The position numbers were made by a program, and so were the translations under genes. A stretch of DNA of 59,167 nt, the filler included. It is 4 parts of 4 records of this genome, joined end to end, with 100 filler letters (N's around TTAATTAATTAA, not from the genome) between each part and the next. Parts side by side here need not be neighbours in the genome. Positions count along the whole stretch, not along the records: positions 27,980 to 38,808 come from SRR31156797_1263; positions 38,909 to 59,167 come from SRR31156797_1265; 2 more parts are not named here. One strand, 5' to 3'. Positions within the stretch are counted from its first letter, which is position 1; the number at the start of each line of letters is the position of its first letter. Positions 30,749 through 39,110 of the stretch are shown piece by piece. Below the pieces are notes generated by a model. The model did no database searches. It was not told the DNA's origin and saw nothing but the letters and a program-made list of their open reading frames with translations.

Positions 30749-32083
30749 GTGATTATGATTTCACAAAAACTTGTTCTTTTTTGTTCATTACTTACAGTAC
30801 CTTTGCTAAGTATTGCATCACAAGAGAGCTCTTACAAAAATCCAGATGCAAAATATGCAGATCGTAGCTGTCCTTTAAAGCAGCATATCAAATATAAGAC
30901 TGCTTTTGATGCAGATTGTCGTTGTGGGCATAATGCAAGTATAAGTACAGGAATTGAAGAGTGTATGCGTCCAACAGAGGTGGCTTTACATCGTGGAAGT
31001 ACTATAGCAAAAGGACCTTCATTTGCCACTTGGCACAATGCCCATATTAGTGGAGGATTTATCGATTATGAAAATAATGAACTGATTGCATCTGTATATT
31101 GGGATAACTCTAAAGATGCAAAAGGTTTAGTAGTAGCTTATAATCTAGATGATTGGTCGCGTCGATTTGTGAGTGGTGATGCACAAGATGATTATGGTCA
31201 TAAAATGATTGGTAAAGGACCAGCATTCAAAATGCTAAAAGATATTCAGCCTGGACCGGATGGTAACTGGTATGGCTTTAGTTATGTTTACCGTAAAAAT
31301 AATAAAGAGAGTATTGGGAGCGGACCAGTTATTTTTAAAATAGATCCAAAATCTGGTAGTCGTGAAATTGTGTGGGAAGGGCGTAACCCTAAATTTGGTC
31401 AGTGCCCATCAGGACGTAAAGTTATCAGGCGTGATTCACAAAAGTTTGTACAATACACCCAAGAGGTTTTTGCTGTTGATCCAAAAGATGGTTCATTTAT
31501 AGTAAGCTTTAGCAATAATAAAATGGGTGGTACAGGATTTGGTCGTGTGAGTGCAGATGGTCAAAAATGTGATTTTATTGCAGTAAATGGTCAAAGAGAT
31601 GATGGATTGAAAATAGGTCGTGGATTTGATTTTAGAGGTCCAATGTTAGGGGCTTATTTACACAATGGTAAAATCTATACCCATTCAACAGGTGAAAAAA
31701 CACTTTTTGAAATCAATCCTAAAACAGGAGATCACAAAGCTTTGATGAGAAAATCACCAAAACCTGAGGCGTGGCGTCATATCCAATGGGATGATAAACG
31801 TGATCTGTTTTGGATCTCAGGAAAAATGAATTCTGCAATGGTTACAGCTTGGAACCCAAGTTGGAAAAATGTATTGATCACTGATAAGAGCTGTAGTGGT
31901 AGAGATAAAGACTGGGCAGACTGGTTTCATCTTTGTAAAGAGGGTCCTTTATCTACTTTGACTCTAAACTATGGACCTATGTGGCTCAATAAAAAAACAG
32001 GTACTTTATTATTTGGGTATGATTCTATAGGAATTGTTGAGTATGAACCTGAAACTGGGAACTCTATAAATCGTAGTTTGTAA
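30749..32083 (+). CDS. Secreted Cys-containing protein with beta-propeller-like repeats, unknown function
   Basis: AAGGAG RBS, signal peptide, repeats IAKGPSF/IGKGPAF/IGSGP and IDPKSG/VDPKDG/INPKTG/YEPETG. Confidence 0.75.
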   Translation: MIMISQKLVLFCSLLTVPLLSIASQESSYKNPDAKYADRSCPLKQHIKYKTAFDADCRCGHNASISTGIEECMRPTEVALHRGSTIAKGPSFATWHNAHISGGFIDYENNELIASVYWDNSKDAKGLVVAYNLDDWSRRFVSGDAQDDYGHKMIGKGPAFKMLKDIQPGPDGNWYGFSYVYRKNNKESIGSGPVIFKIDPKSGSREIVWEGRNPKFGQCPSGRKVIRRDSQKFVQYTQEVFAVDPKDGSFIVSFSNNKMGGTGFGRVSADGQKCDFIAVNGQRDDGLKIGRGFDFRGPMLGAYLHNGKIYTHSTGEKTLFEINPKTGDHKALMRKSPKPEAWRHIQWDDKRDLFWISGKMNSAMVTAWNPSWKNVLITDKSCSGRDKDWADWFHLCKEGPLSTLTLNYGPMWLNKKTGTLLFGYDSIGIVEYEPETGNSINRSL

Positions 32084-32098
32084 ATACTCTTACAAAAG

Positions 32099-32131
32099 AA
32101 AAGTCCAAGAGTTTTATTCTTGGACTTTTTT
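32099..32131 (+). terminator. Rho-independent terminator
   Basis: AAAAGTCCAAGA...TCTTGGACTTTTTT. Confidence 0.82.
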
Positions 32132-32223
32132 ATAATCATAAACTTTCTTCTTTAAACTATTATAGTACTTTACTGATAATATCTAATAACTAAACTTATT
32201 TAAAATATCAAAATCTTTTACAT

Positions 32224-32263
32224 TTGACATAAAAGCTAGAAAAATATATACTATTGATATATA
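32224..32263 (+). promoter_or_regulatory. Sigma70 promoter of vapBC with overlapping palindrome
   Basis: TTGACA (32224-32229), 17 bp, TATACT (32247-32252); TATATA-N7-TATATA at 32245-32263. Confidence 0.7.
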
Positions 32264-32289
32264 CCATATAGGATAAGGAGGATTATATT

Positions 32290-32520
32290 ATGACAATGAC
32301 CGCAAAAGTTTTTAAAAATGGTAGGAGTCAAGCCATTAGATTACCCAAAGAATATAGAGTAGATTCAGAGGAAGTATATATTGAAAAAGTAGGGCATTCA
32401 TTAGTAATAGTTCCAAAAGAAAAATCAAAATGGGATATTATGAGAAATGCAATTGATGATTTTGATGGATTTGAATTTGAAAGAAATCAACCAACACAAC
32501 AAGAAAGAGACTTATTTTAA
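32290..32520 (+). CDS. vapB: VapB antitoxin (AbrB/MazE-type)
   Basis: AKVFKNGRSQAIRLPKEYR; C-terminal RNQPTQQERDLF. Confidence 0.92.
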   Translation: MTMTAKVFKNGRSQAIRLPKEYRVDSEEVYIEKVGHSLVIVPKEKSKWDIMRNAIDDFDGFEFERNQPTQQERDLF

Positions 32521-32533
32521 AGAAAGGAAACCT

Positions 32534-32935
32534 TTGATTTATATACTTGATACAAATATTATCTCTTATATGATTAAAAATCAAAAATACAATTTAGTAG
32601 ATAAGTTTGAAACAATTTCAAAAGAACATACAATAGGTGTTTCATCTATAACTATTGCAGAGTTATATTATGGTGTAAGAAAAAAAGGTAGTCAAAAACT
32701 AGAAGTATTAGTAAATGAGTTTTTATTACCACTTGAAAGATTTTCATTTGATGAAAATGCTGCTTTTGAATATGGAGTTATTCGAGCAGATTTAGAATCA
32801 AAAGGTAATACTATTGGCCCAAATGATTTATTTATTGCATCACACGCAAAATCATTAGATGCAGTTTTAATTACAAATAATACAAGAGAATTTGAAAGAG
32901 TTGAAAATTTAGTAATAGAAAATTGGATGGATTAA
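32534..32935 (+). CDS. vapC: VapC PIN-domain toxin
   Basis: YILDTNII, ITIAELYYG, IGPNDLFIASHA, ITNNTREFERV; TTG start at 32534 with AAGGA RBS. Confidence 0.92.
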   Translation: MIYILDTNIISYMIKNQKYNLVDKFETISKEHTIGVSSITIAELYYGVRKKGSQKLEVLVNEFLLPLERFSFDENAAFEYGVIRADLESKGNTIGPNDLFIASHAKSLDAVLITNNTREFERVENLVIENWMD

Positions 32936-33108
32936 TTCTTTCATTTAGCCAATTTTTAATGGATTCTCATATATAATCATGTAGAACAAATAAAGGAAGA
33001 AAAAATCTCTACATCTTAGGAGAGTCATCACATTTTTTAGATACTTGTATTTAAATTTAATAGATGATTAAAGGTATCAAATGATTCAAATAAAGAAGTA
33101 AGTAGAAG

Positions 33109-34071
33109 CTAATTAACTAAATCCGTTGGTATTTTTATATAAAACTTTGTTCCTACTTCTGTACTTTCAAAATAGATTTCACCTTTTAAATATTCTGTAA
33201 TAATTTTATAGCTTAAATAAAGACTTAATCCTGTTCCACGTGCTTTAAACTTTGTAGTGTAATAAGGTTCAAAAATATGTGGCAAGATATCATAAGAGAT
33301 TCCTCCTCCATTATCTTCCACAATGATAAGAATATGATCTTTTTCTTTTAAAACTTCAATCGCTATCCAACCATCTTGTATCTCTCTTTGGAGAATAATA
33401 TCTTTTGAGTTATTAAGGATACTCAATAATACATGTGGAACTTTCCCTGAGATTGTATGAATTACCGTTTTCTCTTCATAGTTTATATTATCTTTCAATT
33501 GGATTAGTTTATTTTCCAATGTCCCTTTTATAATATTAATTGCCTGAGCTATTTCATCTTCTATAAAAAAAGATTTTAATTCTCTTTGTGATTTTACAAA
33601 ATTGCTAAAATTGTCAATAGTTTTTGCTAAATATTCAACATTGTGATATATAACATTACAGTTAGTTTCAATTGCTTCTTCAGAGAGTTTATCTAATTGT
33701 TGTTGTAGTAACATTCCAGTTGCCGCAGTAGAAATAACACTTAGCGGCTGTCTCCACTGGTGAGAAATATTTTCTAAAAGATCTCCTAAAGCAACCATTT
33801 TTGCTTGTTCTACCAAAATTTCTTCTTTTTTATAGTTCCCATCCAAAAGATTACGCCCTTGCGTATCACTTTGTTTTAATATTGTGTGAAATCTTTTATT
33901 ACTTCTTTGTAATGATATATTTTTATCAAAAATAGTTTTCATTGTCTTATCATTCATTTGCAATATAGATTGAAGTCTTAATGATAAATTTCGATATTCT
34001 TGTTTTAATTTTTCATGTTCTTTTTGAAGAGTTTTATAGTCCTCTTTATTCACAAAGTTATTCTTTTTCAT
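33109..34071 (-). CDS. Cytoplasmic histidine kinase with coiled-coil N-terminus
   Basis: ENISHQWRQPL H-box, EDNGGGI, FEPYYTTK, GTGLSLY; no TM segment. Confidence 0.88.
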   Translation of the reverse strand: MKKNNFVNKEDYKTLQKEHEKLKQEYRNLSLRLQSILQMNDKTMKTIFDKNISLQRSNKRFHTILKQSDTQGRNLLDGNYKKEEILVEQAKMVALGDLLENISHQWRQPLSVISTAATGMLLQQQLDKLSEEAIETNCNVIYHNVEYLAKTIDNFSNFVKSQRELKSFFIEDEIAQAINIIKGTLENKLIQLKDNINYEEKTVIHTISGKVPHVLLSILNNSKDIILQREIQDGWIAIEVLKEKDHILIIVEDNGGGISYDILPHIFEPYYTTKFKARGTGLSLYLSYKIITEYLKGEIYFESTEVGTKFYIKIPTDLVN

Positions 34072-34321
34072 AGTAACCTTTATGCGTGCTTCTGTTCATA
34101 TTGATCGTTTATCAATAAATTAATTAGTATTATATTGAATCTCATGTAACATTCATGCAATATCCCTATTTTTTCTCATTTGTTTTCATAATATAGGAAA
34201 AAATATGGTATTTATGGAGTTTTGGTTATGATTTGCAGACTTTATTACAACTTTTCAACACTTTTTGTACTATAATTAACAATTTTTATTAACTAGACAA
34301 ATTTTAGGAGGTCTTATTATA

Positions 34322-35005
34322 ATGCATCGTATTATTATAATAGAAGAAGACATTAAAAGAAACAAAACAATTACAGAAGCATTAGAATATAATGGTTATC
34401 AAATAGAATCAGTAAATTCACATCAACTTATTACAGATTTTATAAAAGGAAAAAAGAAAATTGATAATGCTGATTTATATATAATCGATGTGGATACTGC
34501 TAATTTAAGTGGGTTTGAGATAACACAAAAGCTATGCTCACTCTATCACAATATAAACGCACTAATAATATGTAGAAAAAATTGTGATAATAAAAAGAAA
34601 GAAAAGGTTTTTTATCTTAATTGTTATGATTATATTGAAGAGCCTTTTGAGGCTCATGAGATACTTTTAAAAATAGATAAAGTTTTAAATACAAAAGAGG
34701 ATAAGAAAAATTACAACCTACAAGTATGTAAAAGAGTGTCGTATAATACTTATTCTAAAGAGTTAATTGTAGACAATGAAGGACCAATAGCACTTACAAA
34801 ACAAGAGCAACAACTTTTAGATATACTTTCATCTAAGCCAAATATCTATTTCCCTACAGAAAAAATAGAATCAATTATTTGGGGAGATTTTGTAGATCAA
34901 AGTTATGTGAGGCATCTTGTTAATAGATTAAGAAAAAAAATCCCATGTGATGTGATCAAAAATAAAATTGGTAAGGGATATAAACTAGATATTAATATTA
35001 GCTAA
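34322..35005 (+). CDS. OmpR-like response regulator with atypical receiver
   Basis: LYIIDV Asp retained, KPF replaced by EPF; wHTH LTKQEQQLL...LVNRLRKK...GKGYKL. Confidence 0.85.
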   Translation: MHRIIIIEEDIKRNKTITEALEYNGYQIESVNSHQLITDFIKGKKKIDNADLYIIDVDTANLSGFEITQKLCSLYHNINALIICRKNCDNKKKEKVFYLNCYDYIEEPFEAHEILLKIDKVLNTKEDKKNYNLQVCKRVSYNTYSKELIVDNEGPIALTKQEQQLLDILSSKPNIYFPTEKIESIIWGDFVDQSYVRHLVNRLRKKIPCDVIKNKIGKGYKLDINIS

Positions 35006-35011
35006 GTATGG

Positions 35012-36289
35012 TTATAAGTTAAGAGGAAGTTCTATAAAAAACTTCGCTCCATTATCTGTATTTTGTACATATAGTTTTCCATCTAGATTATCCACTACGA
35101 TTCTATAGCTTAAATAAAGGCTCAGTCCTGTTCCTTGGGATTGGTGTTTTGTGGTAAAATATGGTTCAAATATTTTTGAAAGTATATTTTTATCAATTCC
35201 CCCTCCATTATCTTCTATACTTATAAGAAGGGTATTATTTGAAGTTTCTATATCTAAGTGTATCCATGGGCTTTGTATGTCTCTTAGAAGTAAGATATCT
35301 TTTGCATTTTGAAGAATATTAATGATCACTTGTGAGAGTATTCTTGTTTTTACTTTGAGTTTGATTTTCTTTTTTTGTTCAATAGTATTGATTAGTTGTA
35401 TGTTGTTATCCAATAAAGAGTCATATACAAGACAAAGGGTTTGTACGATCCAGTCTTGTAGTATGATCTCTTTTTCTTTTTCATCATCTTTTATATATTC
35501 TCTAAATATATGTATAAGGTTTGAAAGATAAGAGGTGGAGAGATCTATTTTATGGATAAAATTATCTAATATTGTATCATTGAGTGTTCCTAGTTTTTTA
35601 TGAAGATCTATCCCACTTGCTGCGGTGCTTATGACACTAAGTGGTTGTCTCCATTGATGGGCGATATTTGAAAGCATATCTGCCATGGAGTCTATTCTTG
35701 CTTGTTCATAGAGTTTTAGATCTTTTTGTCTATTTTTCTCAACCTCTTCTTTTACTAATTGATTGAGTTGAGTATTAAGTAAAGAGAGTTCTTGGTTTTT
35801 ATATTCAAGTTCTTCTCTATAATTTATTAAGATCTGTTTGATTTGTAGGCTTTTAAGTACTTTTTGAATAGTTTGTACAAATTGAGCTACTTCAATAGGT
35901 CTGATAATATATCCATCGACTCCTAGACGAATAAGATCCATGGAGTGCTCTTCTTTAGAAGATAAGGCTATAATATTTGTATTTTGATCTGTTCTTTTGA
36001 TCTCTTGGATAACTTCGAGTCCTGATTTGTTTTGTACCTGTAATGAGATGATAATAAGATCATAAAGAGTATTTTCAAAATAAGTTATCCCCTCATCTCC
36101 TGTAGAAGCGACATCAATATCATGAAAAAATATTTTAAATATCCCATAATAATCATATCTTAGAGGAGTGTCAGTATCCACATATAAAACTTTAATAGTT
36201 TTACTAAAGTTTATCATATCTTCTAAGTGATAATTTTGAACAATAGTGATAAAACTATTTGGGTCATTGTTATTAGGTTGTGTCTTCAT
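35012..36289 (-). CDS. Hybrid protein: degenerate receiver + histidine kinase
   Basis: Receiver-like KVLYVD...DLIIISL...GYIIRP; SNIAHQWRQPL, EDNGGGI, FEPYFTTK; first in-frame ATG at 36289. Confidence 0.85.
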   Translation of the reverse strand: MKTQPNNNDPNSFITIVQNYHLEDMINFSKTIKVLYVDTDTPLRYDYYGIFKIFFHDIDVASTGDEGITYFENTLYDLIIISLQVQNKSGLEVIQEIKRTDQNTNIIALSSKEEHSMDLIRLGVDGYIIRPIEVAQFVQTIQKVLKSLQIKQILINYREELEYKNQELSLLNTQLNQLVKEEVEKNRQKDLKLYEQARIDSMADMLSNIAHQWRQPLSVISTAASGIDLHKKLGTLNDTILDNFIHKIDLSTSYLSNLIHIFREYIKDDEKEKEIILQDWIVQTLCLVYDSLLDNNIQLINTIEQKKKIKLKVKTRILSQVIINILQNAKDILLLRDIQSPWIHLDIETSNNTLLISIEDNGGGIDKNILSKIFEPYFTTKHQSQGTGLSLYLSYRIVVDNLDGKLYVQNTDNGAKFFIELPLNL

Positions 36290-36369
36290 TTTGGAGCCTT
36301 TATAGTAATATATAAAGAAGTATAAATAGAAACTATATTGATAATATTTTTTGTAGATGACAGTTTCAT
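36286..36369 (-). CDS. 27-aa leader ORF overlapping the kinase start
   Basis: AAAGGAG-6nt-ATG; MKLSSTKNIINIVSIYTSLYITIKAPK*; TGA overlaps kinase ATG as ATGA. Confidence 0.5.
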   Translation of the reverse strand: MKLSSTKNIINIVSIYTSLYITIKAPK

Positions 36370-36419
36370 AAGGTACTCCTTTATAAAACACTAAAGGAGA
36401 AAGAAGAGTCAAGTTAGTT

Positions 36420-36497
36420 CATGGCAACTCGGCTATCTTTCTTCTAAAGACCCGTGGCTTTCCGTCCCTACCTTACGATAGGTTTGGCATTGACATT
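36420..36497 (-). ncRNA. c-di-GMP-I (GEMM) riboswitch aptamer
   Basis: Minus strand UGCCAAACCUAUC-GUAA-GGUAGGGACGGAAAGCCACGGGUCUUU...AAAGAUAGCCGAGUUGCCA matches the GEMM architecture (AAACC/GGGAC P2 with GNRA loop, AAAG junction, P3). Confidence 0.9.
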
Positions 36498-36618
36498 TCA
36501 TTTAATATATTGTATTACTTAATTCTTTAACTAGGTGTTAAAAAATTAAACTAATTTTAAGTATCTAAAGTAATATTTTTTATTAGATTTTGCAAATTCT
36601 TAGTTATAATGGATCATC

Positions 36619-37479
36619 ATGATAATAACAGAAAAAAATAAGATAAATAAACTCTTAGTCATTATTGTTTCTTTTGCTTTAGTAGTGATCTCTTTAAGTA
36701 TAGATGTTGATTCTAAAGGGGAGAGGATTGTAGAGGATTCTTTAGAAGATGCTGTAAAGGTATTTGCAGTAGCAAAAGGATTAAATGCAGCGATCTCTTT
36801 AGCCCAAGGAACAGAGATCAGTCCACCTGGACTGACGATCTCTATAGGAGAAGTTTTAGATCCAGTCAATGATCTAGTTGAACAGTTTTCATGGGTGATG
36901 CTTGCTAGTATCACTTCACTTGGGATTCAAAAGATCATGCTCAATTTTGTTACAGGTGATATATTTACTCTTATAGTGATAGCTTCTCTTATTGTAGTAA
37001 ATCTTTGGATGTTTATTCGTGTGCAAAATGATACACGGGTCAGAAATATCTTTTTTAAAGCAACGATCGTTCTTATATTTTTACGTTTTAGTATCCCTAT
37101 TATGTCACTACTTAATAGTTATGTATACGATGCATATGTAAAAGATGATTATAATATTAAAAAATCTCAAGTGATGATAGAGCGTTCTACTAATGAGATC
37201 AACGCAATTACTAATGATACAATGAGTGATAAACAAAGTGTAGAGACTCAAGGAGAAGAGACAGGATTTTTTGATTCTATTATACAAAAAGTGAGTCAGG
37301 TTTTTAGTATTCAGTATTATAAAGATAAGGTACAACAATATCAAGAAGCAACTGAAAAAACCAGTAATGATATAGTGAGTTTAATTATTGCATTTACTTT
37401 TAAAACGATGTTTTTTCCATTGGTATTTTTATTTATGCTCTATCAGTTATTAAAAAGTGTTTTTAGGATTGGAAAATAA
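36619..37479 (+). CDS. Conserved-looking hypothetical membrane protein
   Basis: Several TM segments, LNAAISLAQGTEI...IGEVLDPVNDLVEQFS motif. Confidence 0.75.
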   Translation: MIITEKNKINKLLVIIVSFALVVISLSIDVDSKGERIVEDSLEDAVKVFAVAKGLNAAISLAQGTEISPPGLTISIGEVLDPVNDLVEQFSWVMLASITSLGIQKIMLNFVTGDIFTLIVIASLIVVNLWMFIRVQNDTRVRNIFFKATIVLIFLRFSIPIMSLLNSYVYDAYVKDDYNIKKSQVMIERSTNEINAITNDTMSDKQSVETQGEETGFFDSIIQKVSQVFSIQYYKDKVQQYQEATEKTSNDIVSLIIAFTFKTMFFPLVFLFMLYQLLKSVFRIGK

Positions 37480-37542
37480 GATGGTTAGTTGTCTCTAAAG
37501 GAATTTTTGTTAAAATAAAACACTTTTAAAAAATGGATTTTA

Positions 37543-38808
37543 ATGAAAAAAATTAAACTAAAAAGTGTATTACTCCTTATTTTCTTTTTTATTCTTTCTT
37601 ACTTTATTACTTTTTTTGCATTGAATCTAGGAAAAGAAGCTAGAATACAAATCATACTTGCAAATCATACAAAAACTTTAAAAACTTTTTATGAAGTTTT
37701 AAACTACAATCATAGAATTACAGCTGATGTAGCTTTTGAAGAGACTATGAAAAATAAAAAGTTCGTAGAGATATTTAAAGAAGCTAATAGTGCTAAAATA
37801 GAAAAGGATAATAAAAAGCTCAATCAGCTAAGAGATAAAGCACGTAGTTTATTAGATGATAAGTACCAGCTTTTAAAAGAGCAAGGGGTTTTACAGTATC
37901 ACTTTGTTTTTCCCGATAATAAAGTATTCTTACGAATGCATAAGCCTTCAAAATTTGGGGATGATCTAAGCTCTATCCGTTCAGATTTTGCCTATACTAA
38001 CTTGACTAAAAAAATTATTCGAGGATTTGCACAAGGTCGGACTGCCCATGCTTTTAGAAATGTATATCCTATTTTTGATAAAGAGGGCAATCATCTAGGA
38101 GCCGTAGAGATATCATTCTCAAGTGAATTGCTTCAAAACTATTTTACAAAAGTAAATAAGATCCATACCCATTTTTTAGTAAAAAAAGATATCTTTAAAT
38201 CTAAAGCATGGGCAAGAGATGATCTGATTTTAAAATACACGCAAAGTGCTGAAAACCCTGATTTTATGATGACGATGACAACAGACCACACAAAAGAGAT
38301 ATGTATAGTTGAAAACTCTAAAAGAATTGCTTCAGTGAAGCAAGATATTGCGCTAAATATGAGTGAAGGGAAAAGTTTTTCAGTTTATACTATTTTTCAA
38401 AAAAAAGCAAGAGTTGTTTCTTTTTATCCTATAAAGCATAATATTACAAAAGAGCCAATAGCTTGGATAGTTTCATATAGAGCTGATACTTTGATCGATA
38501 AAACTTTAGAGAGTTTTATGTTTGTAGATATCATTCTTTTTATTATTCTTTTTATCATTTTTGCCTTTATCTTTTATATGATCAATCAAAAAAATATTTT
38601 AAATCAACTTGTTAAAGAGAAAACTTCTATTTTAACAAAAGTAAATAAGGAGCTTGAAGAGCAAGATCATGAGCTAGAGCTTTTAAATCATAGCTTAGAA
38701 GATAAGGTCAAAGATGAGGTAAGAAAAAATAGAGATAAAGATAAAGTACTTTTTGAACAAACAAAAATGGCTGCTCTTGGAGAGATGATAGGAAATATTG
38801 CTCATCAA
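37543..38808 (+). CDS. Membrane sensor histidine kinase with Cache-like periplasmic domain (3' truncated)
   Basis: TM-periplasmic (FLRMHKPSKFGDDL, FRNVYPI)-TM, coiled coil, KMAALGEMIGNIAHQ H-box at contig end. Confidence 0.88.
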
Positions 38809-38908
38809 NNNNNNNNNNNNNNNNNNNNNNNNNNNNNNNNNNNNNNNNNNNNTTAATTAATTAANNNNNNNNNNNNNNNNNNNNNNNNNNNNNNNNNNNN
38901 NNNNNNNN
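38809..38908. other. Artificial contig linker
   Basis: N44-TTAATTAATTAA-N44. Confidence 0.97.
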
Positions 38909-39082
38909 TGTCATATCCATAGCAATAGTTCTAACTCTACTATCACCGATATGAGCTGCAACTTCTAGTACTAGTCTTTCTTTTGTACCAGGTACTTCGA
39001 TTGCATCATTAATTGCAGGTAAGTATCCGTCGAACTCAACGTCTACAACTGGACCCATAATTTGAATAATTTTACCTTCCAT
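38909..39082 (-). CDS. atpD: ATP synthase subunit beta, N-terminal fragment
   Basis: [27 protein letters not shown]; truncated by contig end. Confidence 0.95.
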
Positions 39083-39110
39083 TATATCCTCTTCCTTTCT
39101 TTGTACTCAA

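Noticed and set aside
32447-32533. Extended VapC N-terminus overlapping vapB
   Set aside because: PIN motif starts at YILDTN; TTG at 32534 has its own RBS
27980-33100. tRNA-anchored integrative element
   Set aside because: No integrase and no duplicate of the tRNA 3' end found by eye in this contig
36290-36412. ORF-track N-terminal extension of the hybrid kinase from TTG at 36412
   Set aside because: Start lies inside the riboswitch expression platform without an SD; the ATGs at 36369 and 36289 are better supported
36420-36497. c-AMP-GMP-selective variant of the riboswitch
   Set aside because: The discriminating position appears to be G, not A, by manual alignment; not confirmed computationally
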